Shown here: positions 36,925-49,480 of the stretch, piece after piece
How positions within the stretch are numbered: the first letter of the stretch is position 1
How the letters are laid out: each line of letters starts with the position of its first letter
NCBI RefSeq assembly: GCF_028368995.1
Contig: NZ_JAQNDL010000002.1
Location: 1,536,001-1,600,000, forward strand
Source: Nannocystis bainbridge
GTDB taxonomy: Bacteria; Myxococcota_A; Polyangia; Nannocystales; Nannocystaceae
Length of the DNA: 64,000 bases
Direction of reading: 5' to 3'
Notes under the pieces: generated by a model
Databases searched by the model: none
The model's input: only the letters and a program-made list of their open reading frames with translations
What the model was told of the DNA's origin: nothing
Translations under genes and position numbers: made by a program

Positions 36925-38583
36925 ATGTTCTTCGGGACAGTCCTGCTCGCCGCGATCGCGGGCGAAGCGGCGGCGCAGGAGCCGTTCTATCTGCCGGTCG
37001 GCGACTTGATCCCGGGCTCCGGCGAGGGCCTGGCCGATGCCACGGTGTACGCGCCGGGCATGCGGTTCCCGATCGAGGACGGGCCGGCGTACCCGAACTC
37101 GCAGGTATACCGGTCCGGCGGCTACATGGGCCCGCCCGGCAGCCAGTGCGACCCGGAGAACTACGCCTATCCGTGGCGCGACAACTACTGCGAAAAGCGC
37201 AGCTGGGACATGCCGCTGTGCCCGGCGGGCATCGGTCATCAGGGCCAGGACATCCGCCCGCCGACCTGTGAGAAAGACGTGCACTGGGTGGTGGCCGGGC
37301 GCGCCGGCGACGTGACCAATATCGGCAGTTATTCGGTGTACGTCACCAGCGTCGACGGGCAGCGCCTCGATTATCTGCACGGGGCGGTGCCGACGCTGCA
37401 AGTGGCGCTCGGCGACGCGGTGGTGCCCGGGCAGCGGCTGGTCGCGGTGTCCAACAACATGGGCGACACGCCGACGTCGATCCACCTGCACTTCAACATC
37501 CGCCAGGACATCGGCGGCGTCGGGGTGGCGTTCGTGTCGCCGTACATGTCGCTGGTCGGCGGGTACGAGGAGCTGATGGGCCTCGGCAACTCGCCGCCGG
37601 GTGGCTCGCTCGACAAGGCCGACTGCGCGAGCTTGGTCGGCTGGGCCCAGGACCCCGACGCGCCGGAGCAGTCGATCGCGGCGCTGCTGTCGTTCGGCGG
37701 GCCGATGGGCGCGCCGGGGGCGACGCTGGTCGAGGTGATGGCCGACGTGCCGCGCGACGATCTCTGCGCGCAGCTCGGCTCGTGTGCGCACGGCTTCGAG
37801 GTCGAGGTGCCGCTGTCGCTGCGCGACGGGGCGAGCCACGAGGTGCACGTGTACGCGAAGGACGACGGCCAGGGCGCCCCCGCCGAGGTGGCGCTGTCGC
37901 CGGGCAGCTTCGCCTGCGAACCGCCGCCGCTGCCGACCGGCGTGCGCCGGTGGGTCGTCGATCCGGAGTCGCTGGCGGCGTGGAAGCTGTCGCCGTTCTG
38001 GCAGATGATCGTGGCGCCCGAGGCCGCCGTGGCGGCGCTGCCCGAGGGGGCCGATCTGCCACCGCTGCCGATCCTGGCGCGCAGCCCGGCGGCGCCCGAC
38101 ACGACCTGGCTGATCGACCAGGGCACGCGCCGTCCGGTGACCGATCCGGCGATCGCCGCGGCGTGGCAGCTCGACCTCGAGGCGACCGAGACGTGGGCGC
38201 CGGAGCTGTTGATGGCGCTGCCCGAGGGTCCGCCGCTGCGACCGCTGCCAGTGCTGGTCCAGGGGACAGGTCCGAAGATCTACGTGCTCGACGATCCGCT
38301 GTGCATCCCCGGCGAGGAGGAGCCGAGCTGCGCGACGAACGAGAGCAGCTCGGGCGCGGAGGAGCCGACGAGCGGCTCTGCGACGAGCGAGGATGCATCT
38401 TCGTCTTCGTCGTCCCCCACCCCCGGCCCAGCGTCGGCGGGAGCGCTGCCTCCCGGCTTCGGCAGCGAGGACGGTTGCGGCTGTCGCCACGCGGAGAATC
38501 CCGGCGCGGGCTTGCTGGTGATCGCGAGCCTGGCCTGGCGCCGCCGTCGTCGCGCTGGACAGGAGCGCGTGCGCAGGACATGA
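36925..38583 (+). CDS. M23-family peptidase with MYXO-CTERM-like anchor
   Basis: HQGQD, YLH, HLHF motifs; C-terminal GCGC..LLVIASLAWRRRRR. Confidence 0.8.
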   Translation: MFFGTVLLAAIAGEAAAQEPFYLPVGDLIPGSGEGLADATVYAPGMRFPIEDGPAYPNSQVYRSGGYMGPPGSQCDPENYAYPWRDNYCEKRSWDMPLCPAGIGHQGQDIRPPTCEKDVHWVVAGRAGDVTNIGSYSVYVTSVDGQRLDYLHGAVPTLQVALGDAVVPGQRLVAVSNNMGDTPTSIHLHFNIRQDIGGVGVAFVSPYMSLVGGYEELMGLGNSPPGGSLDKADCASLVGWAQDPDAPEQSIAALLSFGGPMGAPGATLVEVMADVPRDDLCAQLGSCAHGFEVEVPLSLRDGASHEVHVYAKDDGQGAPAEVALSPGSFACEPPPLPTGVRRWVVDPESLAAWKLSPFWQMIVAPEAAVAALPEGADLPPLPILARSPAAPDTTWLIDQGTRRPVTDPAIAAAWQLDLEATETWAPELLMALPEGPPLRPLPVLVQGTGPKIYVLDDPLCIPGEEEPSCATNESSSGAEEPTSGSATSEDASSSSSSPTPGPASAGALPPGFGSEDGCGCRHAENPGAGLLVIASLAWRRRRRAGQERVRRT

Positions 38584-38954
38584 GCGGACCCTTGCGATCG
38601 TCGATGTCACCGACGCACGCTCGTTGACAGGTCTCGATCGCAGGGTCCAGAGGCCACCCCGCACCGAGAGGCGTCGACAGCGCCGTGCGAGCGAGTCGCT
38701 TCGCTCGCGCTGTCGGACGGCATCGCGCGATCCGTCTCGAGTGCTGCCATGTCGTCGGCGACAGTCGGAGCGTGCTCGATCGGACGTCCCGTCACGGTCG
38801 AGCACGCTGGCTCGAGCGGCGGACGCCGGGCATTCCGCGCCGGCGCGCTCGGGCAAACCGCGGGTGCGGCGCAAGGGCGCGCAGCGGCATGCAGGAGACA
38901 TCGGGCGGATCCGCACGTTGATTGCGGTGGCCGGAGTTGGGACAACGATCGAGC

Positions 38955-39560
38955 ATGCGGTCCCGTCACGCTTCCCACGCCCCGATGCTCATCGGTCTGT
39001 CTCTCGCGCTCGCCGGGGGATTGGCGCTGTCCTACAGCGTGTCGGCGGCGCAGAAGGAATCGGCGAAGAAGGATTCGCCGGGCGCGGCGCCGGGCCAGAC
39101 GCTGAGCGGGACCAAGGCGACGCCGGCGCCGGGTGCTGCCGCGCCGTCGACGACGTTGCCCCCGAAGGTGGTCGCCAACGACCTGCGCGACCTGCTGGTG
39201 ACCTTCAAGGACGCGGGCGGGCTCAAGTTGCGCTCGAGCTTCAACAGCTCGCAGCTCGGGACGAAGTTCGCCTCCGACGTGCTCGAGATCGAGAGCGCGA
39301 GCGGCGTGACGGTCAGCGAGCGCGGCAAGTGGAGCTTCTCGCCGCCGACGTTCAAGGTGTCGATCGCCATGAACGCGGAGGCCCGCGCGGCGCTGGACCT
39401 GTGTCTCCGCCTCATCACCGCGCCCGCCAACGGTCGGGCGCTGACGCTCGAGTTCATGCGCTTGAACTCGCCGGCGGTCGACGCCTACTCGCTGTCGACG
39501 ACGGTCCTCGACGTGATCCGCCCGCTCGAGATGGGCTTCATCAACTGTTCGCTCGAGTGA
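38955..39560 (+). CDS. Secreted hypothetical protein
   Basis: N-terminal signal/TM segment; protein-like composition. Confidence 0.65.
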   Translation: MRSRHASHAPMLIGLSLALAGGLALSYSVSAAQKESAKKDSPGAAPGQTLSGTKATPAPGAAAPSTTLPPKVVANDLRDLLVTFKDAGGLKLRSSFNSSQLGTKFASDVLEIESASGVTVSERGKWSFSPPTFKVSIAMNAEARAALDLCLRLITAPANGRALTLEFMRLNSPAVDAYSLSTTVLDVIRPLEMGFINCSLE

Positions 39561-39650
39561 CCGCGGCCCGGCTCGCCGGGGCGCGACGGGATGCGCCGGC
39601 CGGAGACGGGCTCATCCATGGTTCCCGCCTGGGAGTGTTCGCGCGCCCGT

Positions 39651-40001
39651 TCAGCGCACTTCCTTGCACTCCCAGACGTCGTCGGTGATCTCCCAGATCC
39701 GCTCGCCGCACGCTTCACCGGAGGCGAGGACCTCGCGCGCGTGGCCGGGAGCGAGGCGGACCTCCAGGCTCATCGGTCGCGCGGGCGTCCCGGAAGTGTC
39801 GTCCTCGCAGCGCACGCTCCAGCGCAGCTCGCAGCGGACGCTGACCTCGCAGCGATTGGCCACCCGCAGCGACATGCCGCGCGGGCTGGCCTCCGGCTCG
39901 ACTTGGACGCATTCGGCCACGGACTGCGCGGCGTGGCTGGTAGACATGGAAGCGCCGTACGCGAACGACGCGCACGAAGCCACGAACAAAATTCGACGCA
40001 T
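39651..40001 (-). CDS. Small secreted Cys-rich protein
   Basis: Signal peptide; paired Cys residues. Confidence 0.6.
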   Translation of the reverse strand: MRRILFVASCASFAYGASMSTSHAAQSVAECVQVEPEASPRGMSLRVANRCEVSVRCELRWSVRCEDDTSGTPARPMSLEVRLAPGHAREVLASGEACGERIWEITDDVWECKEVR

Positions 40002-40242
40002 GACAACCCCTCGGCGCGGCGCTCGTGACACGAGGCGCGCGCAGCCCATCGACAGCGTCCCTGGCGAGAGGTTCCACGTTTTGTTCGCGCCGCGAGGGGC
40101 GTCCGCATCGGCGGGACAGGGCCGCGATCGCTCCCATGGCCTTCAGGTCATGTCCTTTGGGACATGTCATTCCCTGGACGCACGGAAATCGAAGCTCGCG
40201 AGGAGCACGCCCGCTCGCTCGATGTCCAGTAGTATGAGGCGG

Positions 40243-41379
40243 ATGCCGACGAAGCAGCCGGTGCCAAAGACCGCGAAGAAGACTGCCGCGAAGAAGGCCC
40301 CGAAGACTTCAGCCAAGAAACCTGCGACCACGAGCCCCGCGAAGACGGCAGCCAAAAAAACAGCGACCACGAGCCCCGCGAAGAAGGCCGCCAAGAAACC
40401 AGCAGCCAAGAGCCCCGCGGAGAAGCTCGCAGCGAACCAGTCCGCCGCGAAGAAGAACCCGGCGAAGAAGCGTCCCGAGGTCGACCCGCTGCGCGAGCTC
40501 GCGTGGGACTGTTACTGTGCCTTCGACGCCGAGGATCCCACCCCGGCCATGCAGATCGAGTTCGTCGAAGGTTACTTGAGCAGCGCGAGCAGTCGCGGGC
40601 TCACCGTCGACTTCGACGCTGCCCTGCCCTACTGCGCCGAGATCCTCGAGCTCGAGATCGACGACCTGCGGGCCACCTGGGAGGCTCACGGGCGCAAGTT
40701 CGCTGCGGTCCGCGGCGCCTCCGGTGGGGCCGGCGAGCTCGACGCGCTCGTCGAGCTGTGCCAGACCGAGGGTCGCTTCGGCGCCGCCTTCGAGGACCAC
40801 GCTGCCAGGGCTCTGGCCGCCGCCTGGCCGCGTCTCGGGCCCGCGTTCGCTCGGCGCCTGCTCGCCGGGCGCCAGGACCTGCGGCTGCGCAACGCCGGGC
40901 CGTTCGCCACCCTCGTCGGCTTCGAGGCGGCCACGCGCCTGCGCAGCCTCCAGCTCGACGTCACCCCCGACTGCGACCTCGCCCCGCTCGCCGCGCTCAC
41001 CCGGCTCACGAGCTTGAACCTGAAGGGCAAGCGCCACGGATTCGGTCCCCTCGCCCGGCTGCCCCGGTTGACGCAGCTCGAGATCGAGGCCGACGCGACC
41101 GGCATCGCCGAGCTGGCCGACCTCCCGACCTTGCGGGTGCTCTCCCTGGTCGTCGCCGAGGACGTGTCGATCGCCAGCCTCCTCGATCTCGCGCACCTCG
41201 TCATGCTGAAGCTGCTCGCCGGCTCGCGGTCGCTCGACGAAGTCACCGCCGACACCATCGCCAGGCTCGCCCGCAAGAAATCGCGCTGGATCCGGCTGGC
41301 CGAGCACGAAGGATGGCCCTTGCAGCTCGCGGTGCCCTTCGAAAGGACCCCGGCCTTCGTCGAGATCAACCGGCGGTGA
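40243..41379 (+). CDS. Protein with histone-like Lys/Ala N-terminus and C-terminal leucine-rich repeats
   Basis: AKKTAAKK repeats; LAPLAALTRLTSLNL / LARLPRLTQLEI / LADLPTLRVLSL. Confidence 0.7.
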   Translation: MPTKQPVPKTAKKTAAKKAPKTSAKKPATTSPAKTAAKKTATTSPAKKAAKKPAAKSPAEKLAANQSAAKKNPAKKRPEVDPLRELAWDCYCAFDAEDPTPAMQIEFVEGYLSSASSRGLTVDFDAALPYCAEILELEIDDLRATWEAHGRKFAAVRGASGGAGELDALVELCQTEGRFGAAFEDHAARALAAAWPRLGPAFARRLLAGRQDLRLRNAGPFATLVGFEAATRLRSLQLDVTPDCDLAPLAALTRLTSLNLKGKRHGFGPLARLPRLTQLEIEADATGIAELADLPTLRVLSLVVAEDVSIASLLDLAHLVMLKLLAGSRSLDEVTADTIARLARKKSRWIRLAEHEGWPLQLAVPFERTPAFVEINRR

Positions 41380-41537
41380 CTCGCGGAGCCCTCCTCCCGA
41401 TGCGCGTGGGGCCAGGTCCGACCTCTGTCTTTTGAGCCAGGTCCGCCCCTGCCCGCCGCGCCAGCGCACGCGTGCGCGGCTTCCGCAGGGGCAGACCCAC
41501 GTCGGATCGGTCGCTCGCCCTGCTAAAGATCGAAGCG

Positions 41538-42707
<1,170 letters not shown>

Positions 42708-42961
42708 ATGCGCCTGGGGTCCAGCGGCCTCACTCGTCGCCGCGGCCGAGATCGCTTCCCGAAAAAAGCGAAATCCGGGGTGAAGCGGCTGGTTCCTGGC
42801 GTCCTCGGCGCTCTGGGGCCAGGGCGTGAGACGGAGGGGATTGTCCGACATCTGGGTGCGCGACGCGGTTCACACCCCCGCGGCTTCAGGCTGGCCCCGC
42901 TCGCTGGGTCGGAGTGGGACGTACCTGTGACCGGAGTCATACTGTAGGGCTGCTCCGCCCG

Positions 42962-45900
42962 ATGTCTCTGCCCGCTCCGAGCCCGCGTGACTCGCTCAGC
43001 AGCGCCGACTTGCATCGGCTCGACCAGGCCGCGTGGTTGCTCGCCCGCAAGGAGCCCACGCCCGATCCCGACGTCCTGCTGAGCGTCGCCGCCGGGCACG
43101 TCCTGGCGCACCCCCGGGCCGGGCGCAGCGACCTCGTCATCACCCTCGTCGCGGCGATGATCGATCGCCCGCCGGCCAGCAGCGCCCGCGACGGAGCGCG
43201 GGAGGACTGCGCCGCGCGCCGCCTGGCCGACCTGCTCGCCGAGCTCGCCGGCTCTGCCGAACTCGGCTTCGTCCAGCGGGCCATTCGCCGCGGCGGCCTC
43301 GACTTCACCCTCGCCTTGCCGGCGGCGCGCCGGATCCGTCGCGCCCTCAAGCGGGCCCTCAGCGACGGCAAAGCCAGCGACGCCGAGGTCGACGCCCTGC
43401 GCGGCCTGGCCACCGCCGGCTGGGAGTCGCTGCTCGACGCCCTCGCCCGCTCGCTCGCCCTCGACGGCGACGACGAGGTCCTCACCGACGTCGCCCTCGA
43501 CGATCCGAGCGACGGCTCCGGCGCCCGGCTAGCCCGCGTGCGGGTCTTGCTCAGCCCGAGCCGGCCGATGCCGGATCTCGAGCTGCTCGCGCGCGCCGGC
43601 GAGGCCTCGACGCTGAGCCGGCGGGTGGGTCGCTTCATCCTCCTTCAGCGGATCGGCACCGGCGCCATGGGGGTCGTCTACGCCGCCTACGACGATCGCC
43701 TCGATCGCAAGGTCGCCATCAAGGTCCTGCGCCCGCAGGAGCCCAAGCACAGCGCCCGCGCCCAGCTCCGGCTGCTGCGTGAGGCCCAGGCCATGGCCCG
43801 GCTGGCGCACCCCAACGTCGTCGGCGTCCACGAGGTCGGCACCGAGGGCACCGATGTCTACGTCGCCATGGAGTTCATCCGCGGCGTCACCGTGCAGGCC
43901 TGGCTCGCCGACAAGTCGCGGACCTGGCAGGAGGTCGTCGACGTGTTCGTGCAGGCCGGGCGCGGCCTGGCCGCCGCGCACGCCGTCGGCCTCGTGCACC
44001 GCGACTTCAAGCCGAGCAACGTCATGATCGGCGAGGACGGTCGCGCCCGCGTCCTCGACTTCGGCCTGTGTCAGACCGGCGAGGACGCCAGCGGCGAGCA
44101 CACCCGCTCGACCGGCTCGCTGAGCCGCGATCGCAACGCCGTCTCCGAAAAGGTCACCCAGGGTGGCGAGGTCGTCGGCACGCCCGCGTACATGCCTCCC
44201 GAGCAGTTCAGCGGCCGCCTCGTCGGCCCTGCCTCCGATCAGTTCGCCTTCTGCGTCTCGCTGTACGAGGCGCTCTACGATCAATTGCCGTTCCCCGGCG
44301 ACACCGTGCACGAGCTGGCCCACGCGGTCGCGCGCGGCGACGTGCGCGACCCGCCGCGGCTGACGCGGGTGCCGGCGTGGGTCCACAGCGTCGTCCTGCG
44401 CGGGCTTCGACCTGACTCGAAGGACAGGTTCTCCGGCCTCGACGCCCTGCTGCGCGCGCTCGATCGCAAGCACGTCCTCGGCCGTCGCACCTACGTCGGC
44501 GCCCTCGCCGTCGCCGGCGTCGCGGCCCTCGCCGGCTTCTTCGCCGCCAAGACGCAGGAACCGCGGGTCGACCCGTGCAGCCACGGCACCGCCGAGATCC
44601 ACGGCGTGTGGGACGGCGAGCGCCGGCGGGCCGCCGAGCAGGCGTTCGTGGCCGCCGGCCCGGCCTTCATCCACGAGGTGTGGCCGCAGGTCAACGAGCG
44701 CCTCGACCTCTACATGAACGACTGGTCGAGCGCGCACGCCGACGCCTGCGAGGCGCGTCGGCGCGGCGAACAGTCGGACGAGCTCGTCGATCGCCGCATG
44801 GCCTGCCTGGCCCAGCGCAAGGCCGCCCTGGCCGAGGCCGGCGCGCTGCTGGCCGAGCGCGACCAGACCGTCGCCGTGCACGCGCTCGAGCTCACCTACA
44901 AGCTCCCCGCCATCGATCGCTGCAACGACCTCGTCGCCCTCCAGGCCGACGTCGCCCCGCCCGACGACCCCGACGTGCGGCGCCGCGTCGCCGACGTCGA
45001 GGAGGGCCTCACCCGCGTCGTCAGCCTCGAGCACATCGGCCGCACCTCGCAGGCCCTCGAGCTCGCCGACCACCTGCTCGCCGACGCCGAGGCCATCGGC
45101 TACAGGCCGCTGCTGGCGCGCGCCTTGCTCAACCGCGGCCGCCTCTCGCTCAACCGCACCGCCATGGTCGAGCCGCAGTTCGAGATGCTGCAGGCCGCGC
45201 TGCACACCGCGCTCGCCGCCGGCGTCGACGACGTCGCCGGCGAGGCCATGGCCCACATGTTGTTCGTGCGCGGCCGCCTGCCCGGCGGGGCCGCGCGCGC
45301 GCTCGAGGACCTCGGCCACTACGCCGCCTTCATCTCGCGCCTGCCCAAGCCCGGCCACCTGCAGGGCCTCCTGCTCAACAACGCCGCGGTCGTCACGGTG
45401 GCCAGCGGCGACGTCGAGCGCGCGCGCAAGCTCTACGCCGAGGCGCTGGCGGTCAAGCGGGCCAGCAACGACGCCCCGCTCGAGATCGCCTACAGCCTGA
45501 CCAACCTCGCGATCCTCGAGGACGACGGCGACGCGCGCGCCCACGACTTGGCCGAGGCCGTGCGGATCTTCGAGCGCGAGCTGGGGCCGGCGCACCCGCA
45601 GACGATCGAGGCGCGGCTGACCGCCAGCGCATACATCCGCAACCCCGAGTCCGCGCGACGGATCTTGCGGCCCGGCTGCGACGCGCTGGTCCGCTTCTCG
45701 CCGGGCGATCCGGCCTCGCGCGCCCGCTGCCTGGCGATGCTCGGTTATCTCGCCGGCGAGGCCGGCGACGCCGACGAGTCGCGGCAAGTGTTGCGGCAGG
45801 CGGCCGCGCTCCTGGACGGTGAACCGTTCGACGGCGACCTGATCCGCGGCGTCGACGTCGCGCTGATCCGGGGCTTCGCCGCGCTCGAGGGCGGCGATCA

Positions 45901-46324
45901 CGACCAGGCTGCCCTCGAGCTGCGGCGGTTCCTCGCCACCCGCCAGGGCGACTCCTGGTGGCGCCAGCGCGAGGCCGCCGAGCTCGAGCTGGTGCTCGGC
46001 CTGCACCTGCGTGCGCTCGGCGATCGCGACGGCGCCGCCGCGGCGCTGCGGGCCGCCGTCGACGGTCTGGTCGCCGCCCGGGCCACCGCCCGCGACATCC
46101 TCGTCGAGCAGCGCCTCGCTCGCGCCCGCGTCGTGCTCGCCGACGTCTTGCTCGCCGCCCCGCGACCTGCCGCCGACGACCTCGACCGCGCCGCCGTGTC
46201 GCTCACCGACGCGATGCGCTGGTACCTCGAGAGCGGCGACGAATACGCGTGGCGACTGGCCGAGATCCGCGCCCTCGACGTCATGCTCGGCCAGCGTCGC
46301 AGCGACCGCCGCGCAGCGCCGTAG
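42962..46324 (+). CDS. Ser/Thr protein kinase with TM and TPR-like region
   Basis: IGTGAMGVV, VAIK, HRDFKPSN, DFG, GTPAYMPPE. Confidence 0.92.
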   Translation: MSLPAPSPRDSLSSADLHRLDQAAWLLARKEPTPDPDVLLSVAAGHVLAHPRAGRSDLVITLVAAMIDRPPASSARDGAREDCAARRLADLLAELAGSAELGFVQRAIRRGGLDFTLALPAARRIRRALKRALSDGKASDAEVDALRGLATAGWESLLDALARSLALDGDDEVLTDVALDDPSDGSGARLARVRVLLSPSRPMPDLELLARAGEASTLSRRVGRFILLQRIGTGAMGVVYAAYDDRLDRKVAIKVLRPQEPKHSARAQLRLLREAQAMARLAHPNVVGVHEVGTEGTDVYVAMEFIRGVTVQAWLADKSRTWQEVVDVFVQAGRGLAAAHAVGLVHRDFKPSNVMIGEDGRARVLDFGLCQTGEDASGEHTRSTGSLSRDRNAVSEKVTQGGEVVGTPAYMPPEQFSGRLVGPASDQFAFCVSLYEALYDQLPFPGDTVHELAHAVARGDVRDPPRLTRVPAWVHSVVLRGLRPDSKDRFSGLDALLRALDRKHVLGRRTYVGALAVAGVAALAGFFAAKTQEPRVDPCSHGTAEIHGVWDGERRRAAEQAFVAAGPAFIHEVWPQVNERLDLYMNDWSSAHADACEARRRGEQSDELVDRRMACLAQRKAALAEAGALLAERDQTVAVHALELTYKLPAIDRCNDLVALQADVAPPDDPDVRRRVADVEEGLTRVVSLEHIGRTSQALELADHLLADAEAIGYRPLLARALLNRGRLSLNRTAMVEPQFEMLQAALHTALAAGVDDVAGEAMAHMLFVRGRLPGGAARALEDLGHYAAFISRLPKPGHLQGLLLNNAAVVTVASGDVERARKLYAEALAVKRASNDAPLEIAYSLTNLAILEDDGDARAHDLAEAVRIFERELGPAHPQTIEARLTASAYIRNPESARRILRPGCDALVRFSPGDPASRARCLAMLGYLAGEAGDADESRQVLRQAAALLDGEPFDGDLIRGVDVALIRGFAALEGGDHDQAALELRRFLATRQGDSWWRQREAAELELVLGLHLRALGDRDGAAAALRAAVDGLVAARATARDILVEQRLARARVVLADVLLAAPRPAADDLDRAAVSLTDAMRWYLESGDEYAWRLAEIRALDVMLGQRRSDRRAAP

Positions 46325-46427
46325 AAACATCGGCCGACGCGGCGCGTGTGGGCACGGATCACATCCGGCCTCTGCTCGAGCTTGAAAGCAGCCCGACACT
46401 GCATAGAGAGGGAGTGGAGGGATTGTC

Positions 46428-47411
46428 GTGAAATCAAGAAACTGTCATGGATTCGCCGTTGCTGCGGCTTTTTGCGGGCCGGTCACTGCCTGTGATATTG
46501 ATAATACCCTGATAGGCGAAGAGCCTGGTGTCACCAATCCACGAATCGGCGAAAAAGGCTCCAGTTGCCCGATCTGGCAGTGCGGATTCAACGCTGCGGA
46601 GGTCTTCGGCGGCTCGATCCACGAGCTCCACCTCGGCGGTCAGGCCAACGGCCACGGGCTGCAGCTGCTGAAGGTCGTGCCCGGTCCCAAGGCCGCGGCG
46701 GCCGGCTACGACCGCCTGGATGTCGTCGGCGACGCCCTCGTCCTCCGCGACGACCGCGGCGCCGCGCTCGCCGGCGCCGCCCTGATCGGCACCCGCCTCC
46801 ACCTCGGGATGGCCGGTCAGCCGCTGACGACCGTCCTCATCGCCTCCCACGATCGCGTCGCCCGCTGGGCCGACGGCGCGCCGGACGTCGACGCCTACGG
46901 CCTCGTCTATATCGACGGTCATCACATCGAGCGGAATGTTTGCACCGGGTCCTATGATTCTCCCCGGGCCCCCATCGCCCTGGTCCTCGGCGGCGAGACC
47001 TACGACATGGACGCCAAGGAGGTCCGCCCCGACCCCGAGCGGCAGTGGTTCAGCATCGCTTGCGCCGGCTCGGCCGCGGCCAAGCTGTCGCTGCTCGGCT
47101 ACGGCCCGCAGAGCAGCAAGACCAGCCCCGCCCAGCGTCAAGCCACCCTCAAGATGATCACCGCCGACTACTGCGGAGACGGTCACAGCTACACTGTCGA
47201 CGGCACGCCGATCCAGTGGGAGAACGTCCAGGGGACGGTCGGCCTCACCGCCGAGCCGGCCGCCATCGAGGCGGTGTGGACCGCCGCCGGGGCGCTGTGC
47301 GTCGACGAGCCGCGGATCGCCGGCACCGTGATCGACTGTTCCTTGCCGCGCTGCGGCGATTTCGACCTCGCCGACGGCGAGTGGATCAGCTACGTCCCGC
47401 TCGTGCAGTGA
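46428..47411 (+). CDS. ADYC-domain lipoprotein
   Basis: MITADYCGDG..YT..GTPI, EAVWTAAGALC; lipobox VTAC. Confidence 0.8.
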   Translation: MKSRNCHGFAVAAAFCGPVTACDIDNTLIGEEPGVTNPRIGEKGSSCPIWQCGFNAAEVFGGSIHELHLGGQANGHGLQLLKVVPGPKAAAAGYDRLDVVGDALVLRDDRGAALAGAALIGTRLHLGMAGQPLTTVLIASHDRVARWADGAPDVDAYGLVYIDGHHIERNVCTGSYDSPRAPIALVLGGETYDMDAKEVRPDPERQWFSIACAGSAAAKLSLLGYGPQSSKTSPAQRQATLKMITADYCGDGHSYTVDGTPIQWENVQGTVGLTAEPAAIEAVWTAAGALCVDEPRIAGTVIDCSLPRCGDFDLADGEWISYVPLVQ

Positions 47412-47450
47412 CTTGCAACGCGGCCGGGGATTTGCGACACGCAGTGGAGC

Positions 47451-48917
47451 GTGGACCCTCTCTTCCCCTGCCTCGCGGCTCCCGACGGTCGCATCGTCCT
47501 CACCGTCGGCGACGACTCGTTCTCCGATCGCCAGCTGCTCGCCGCCGCCCGCCGCCACGCTCAGGCCCTCGCGCGCGCCGGAATCGCCCCGGGCGACCGC
47601 GTCGGCGTGTGGACCCTGCCGTACCTCGGCACCGTCGTCGCCCTGGTCGGCGGCGCCCTCGCCGGCGTCGTCACCGTCCCGCTCAACCCCAGGCTCGGCG
47701 AGCGCGAGTGCTCCCACATCGCCGCCGACGCGGCCCCGCGCTGCTGCTTCGCCGCCCGCCCCGCCGAGTGCCCCGAGAGTCCGCTCGGCCCCGCGATCGC
47801 CGTCTCCGAGGACATGTCGGATGCAGCATGTCCCGAGGGACATCAAGACTTTCACCGCGCCGACGAGCGCCCGCTCCTCCTCATTTACACCTCGGGCACC
47901 ACCGGCGCGCCGAAGGGGGCCGTGCTCACCGCCGCGGGCGTGGCCGCCAACATCGACGGCCTCGCCCGGGCCTGGCAGTGGACCGCGCGCGACACCGTCG
48001 TCCACGCCTTACCGCTGTTCCACGTCCACGGCCTCGTGCTCGGCCTGTTCGGCAGCCTGCGGATCGGCGGCCGCCTGCACTGGCAGCCGCGCTTCGAGCC
48101 CGTCGCCCTCGCGGCGGCCGTGCGTGGCGGCGGCGTGCTGTTCGCCGTGCCGACCATGTACGTCCGCCTCGCCGAGCTCGCCGAGCGCGACGCCTCGATC
48201 GCGGCCGACCTCGGCGCCGCGCGGCTCCTGATCTCCGGCTCCGCCGCCCTGTCCGCGCGTGAGCATCGACGTCTCGCCGCGATCACCGGTCGCGGCGTCT
48301 ACGAGCGCTACGGCCTCACCGAGACGCTGATCGTGTGCGCCGTCCCCACCTCGGGCCCGCCGCGCCCGGGCCTCGTCGGTCCGCCGCTGCCCGGCGTCGA
48401 GGTCCGCCTCGTCGACGACGCCCGGCGCCCGCTCGACGTCGCCGACGACGCCACCATCGGCGAGATCGCCGTCCGCGGCCCCAGCGTGTTCGCCGGCTAC
48501 CTCGGCCGGCCCGAGGCCACCGCCGCCGTGCGCGACGCCGACGGGTGGTTTTACACCGGCGACCTCGCCACCCGCACCGACGACGGCGCCTATCGCATCG
48601 TCGGTCGGCGCGCCACCGACCTGATCAAGAGCGGCGGCTTCAAGATCGGCGCCGGCGAGATCGAAGCCTGCCTGCTCGAGCACCCCGACGTCGCCGAGAC
48701 CGCCGTCGTCGGCCTGCCCGACGACGACCTCGGCGAACGGATCGTCGCCTTCGTCGTCGCCCGCGACCCAGCGCTCCCTCCGCCCGGTGAGCAGCTCGTC
48801 GATCACGTCGCGCGCGCGCTCGCCCCGCACAAGCGCCCGCGCGACGTCCGGTTCGTCGAAGCCCTGCCCCGCAACGCCATGGGCAAGGTGATCAAGGCCC
48901 GGCTCACCCGCCCCTGA
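47451..48917 (+). CDS. Acyl-CoA synthetase (AMP-forming)
   Basis: YTSGTTGAPKG, ERYGLTE, FYTGD, DLIKSGG, LPRNAMGK. Confidence 0.93.
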   Translation: MDPLFPCLAAPDGRIVLTVGDDSFSDRQLLAAARRHAQALARAGIAPGDRVGVWTLPYLGTVVALVGGALAGVVTVPLNPRLGERECSHIAADAAPRCCFAARPAECPESPLGPAIAVSEDMSDAACPEGHQDFHRADERPLLLIYTSGTTGAPKGAVLTAAGVAANIDGLARAWQWTARDTVVHALPLFHVHGLVLGLFGSLRIGGRLHWQPRFEPVALAAAVRGGGVLFAVPTMYVRLAELAERDASIAADLGAARLLISGSAALSAREHRRLAAITGRGVYERYGLTETLIVCAVPTSGPPRPGLVGPPLPGVEVRLVDDARRPLDVADDATIGEIAVRGPSVFAGYLGRPEATAAVRDADGWFYTGDLATRTDDGAYRIVGRRATDLIKSGGFKIGAGEIEACLLEHPDVAETAVVGLPDDDLGERIVAFVVARDPALPPPGEQLVDHVARALAPHKRPRDVRFVEALPRNAMGKVIKARLTRP

Positions 48918-49377
48918 AGCACCCCACCTCGCGGGCCACCGCCTCGACCACCGGCCCGTGTCGGTCCGCGATGTGGCGGTGCATCATCGCGTTGTAGCCA
49001 CGCGCGTGGCCGACCACCCCCTCGTCGACCCCGCACGCGCCGACGTTGCGGTAGTCGATGTCGTACTCGCTGTGCAGCCGCGCGGCCAGGCGCGCGTGAC
49101 ACGATCGCGGGCGCTCGTACGACTCGAGCGCCAGCTCGCCTCGAGCGAGATCGAGCGCGGCGTCGAGCGCCCCCTCGTCCTCCGCGTCGGTGCTGCTGCG
49201 CGCCGCCAGGCGCGGCGCCTGTGAACAATCAGGCGGGCCGGACAATGTCCAGTCCGCCTGCGGCTCCGTCTCCACTGTCAATGTCTCGTGGCCGTGAGGG
49301 GCGCAATTGATCCCCATCGTCGCCACCACCATGCATCCTGCCACCTCGACGAACCTTCGCAGCGCGCTCGCTCGCAT
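48904..49377 (-). CDS. Hypothetical lipoprotein
   Basis: GINC lipobox-like; VGHARGYNA helix. Confidence 0.5.
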   Translation of the reverse strand: MRASALRRFVEVAGCMVVATMGINCAPHGHETLTVETEPQADWTLSGPPDCSQAPRLAARSSTDAEDEGALDAALDLARGELALESYERPRSCHARLAARLHSEYDIDYRNVGACGVDEGVVGHARGYNAMMHRHIADRHGPVVEAVAREVGCFRGG

Positions 49378-49480
49378 CGCACGTCCTCCAGGCGCCGAGA
49401 CAACCGCCGCTCGCCCCGGTTCCGGCCCGTCTGCAAGCGAGCGTGTCGGCCGGCCGAGCCCGCCTGCTATCGTGCAAGGC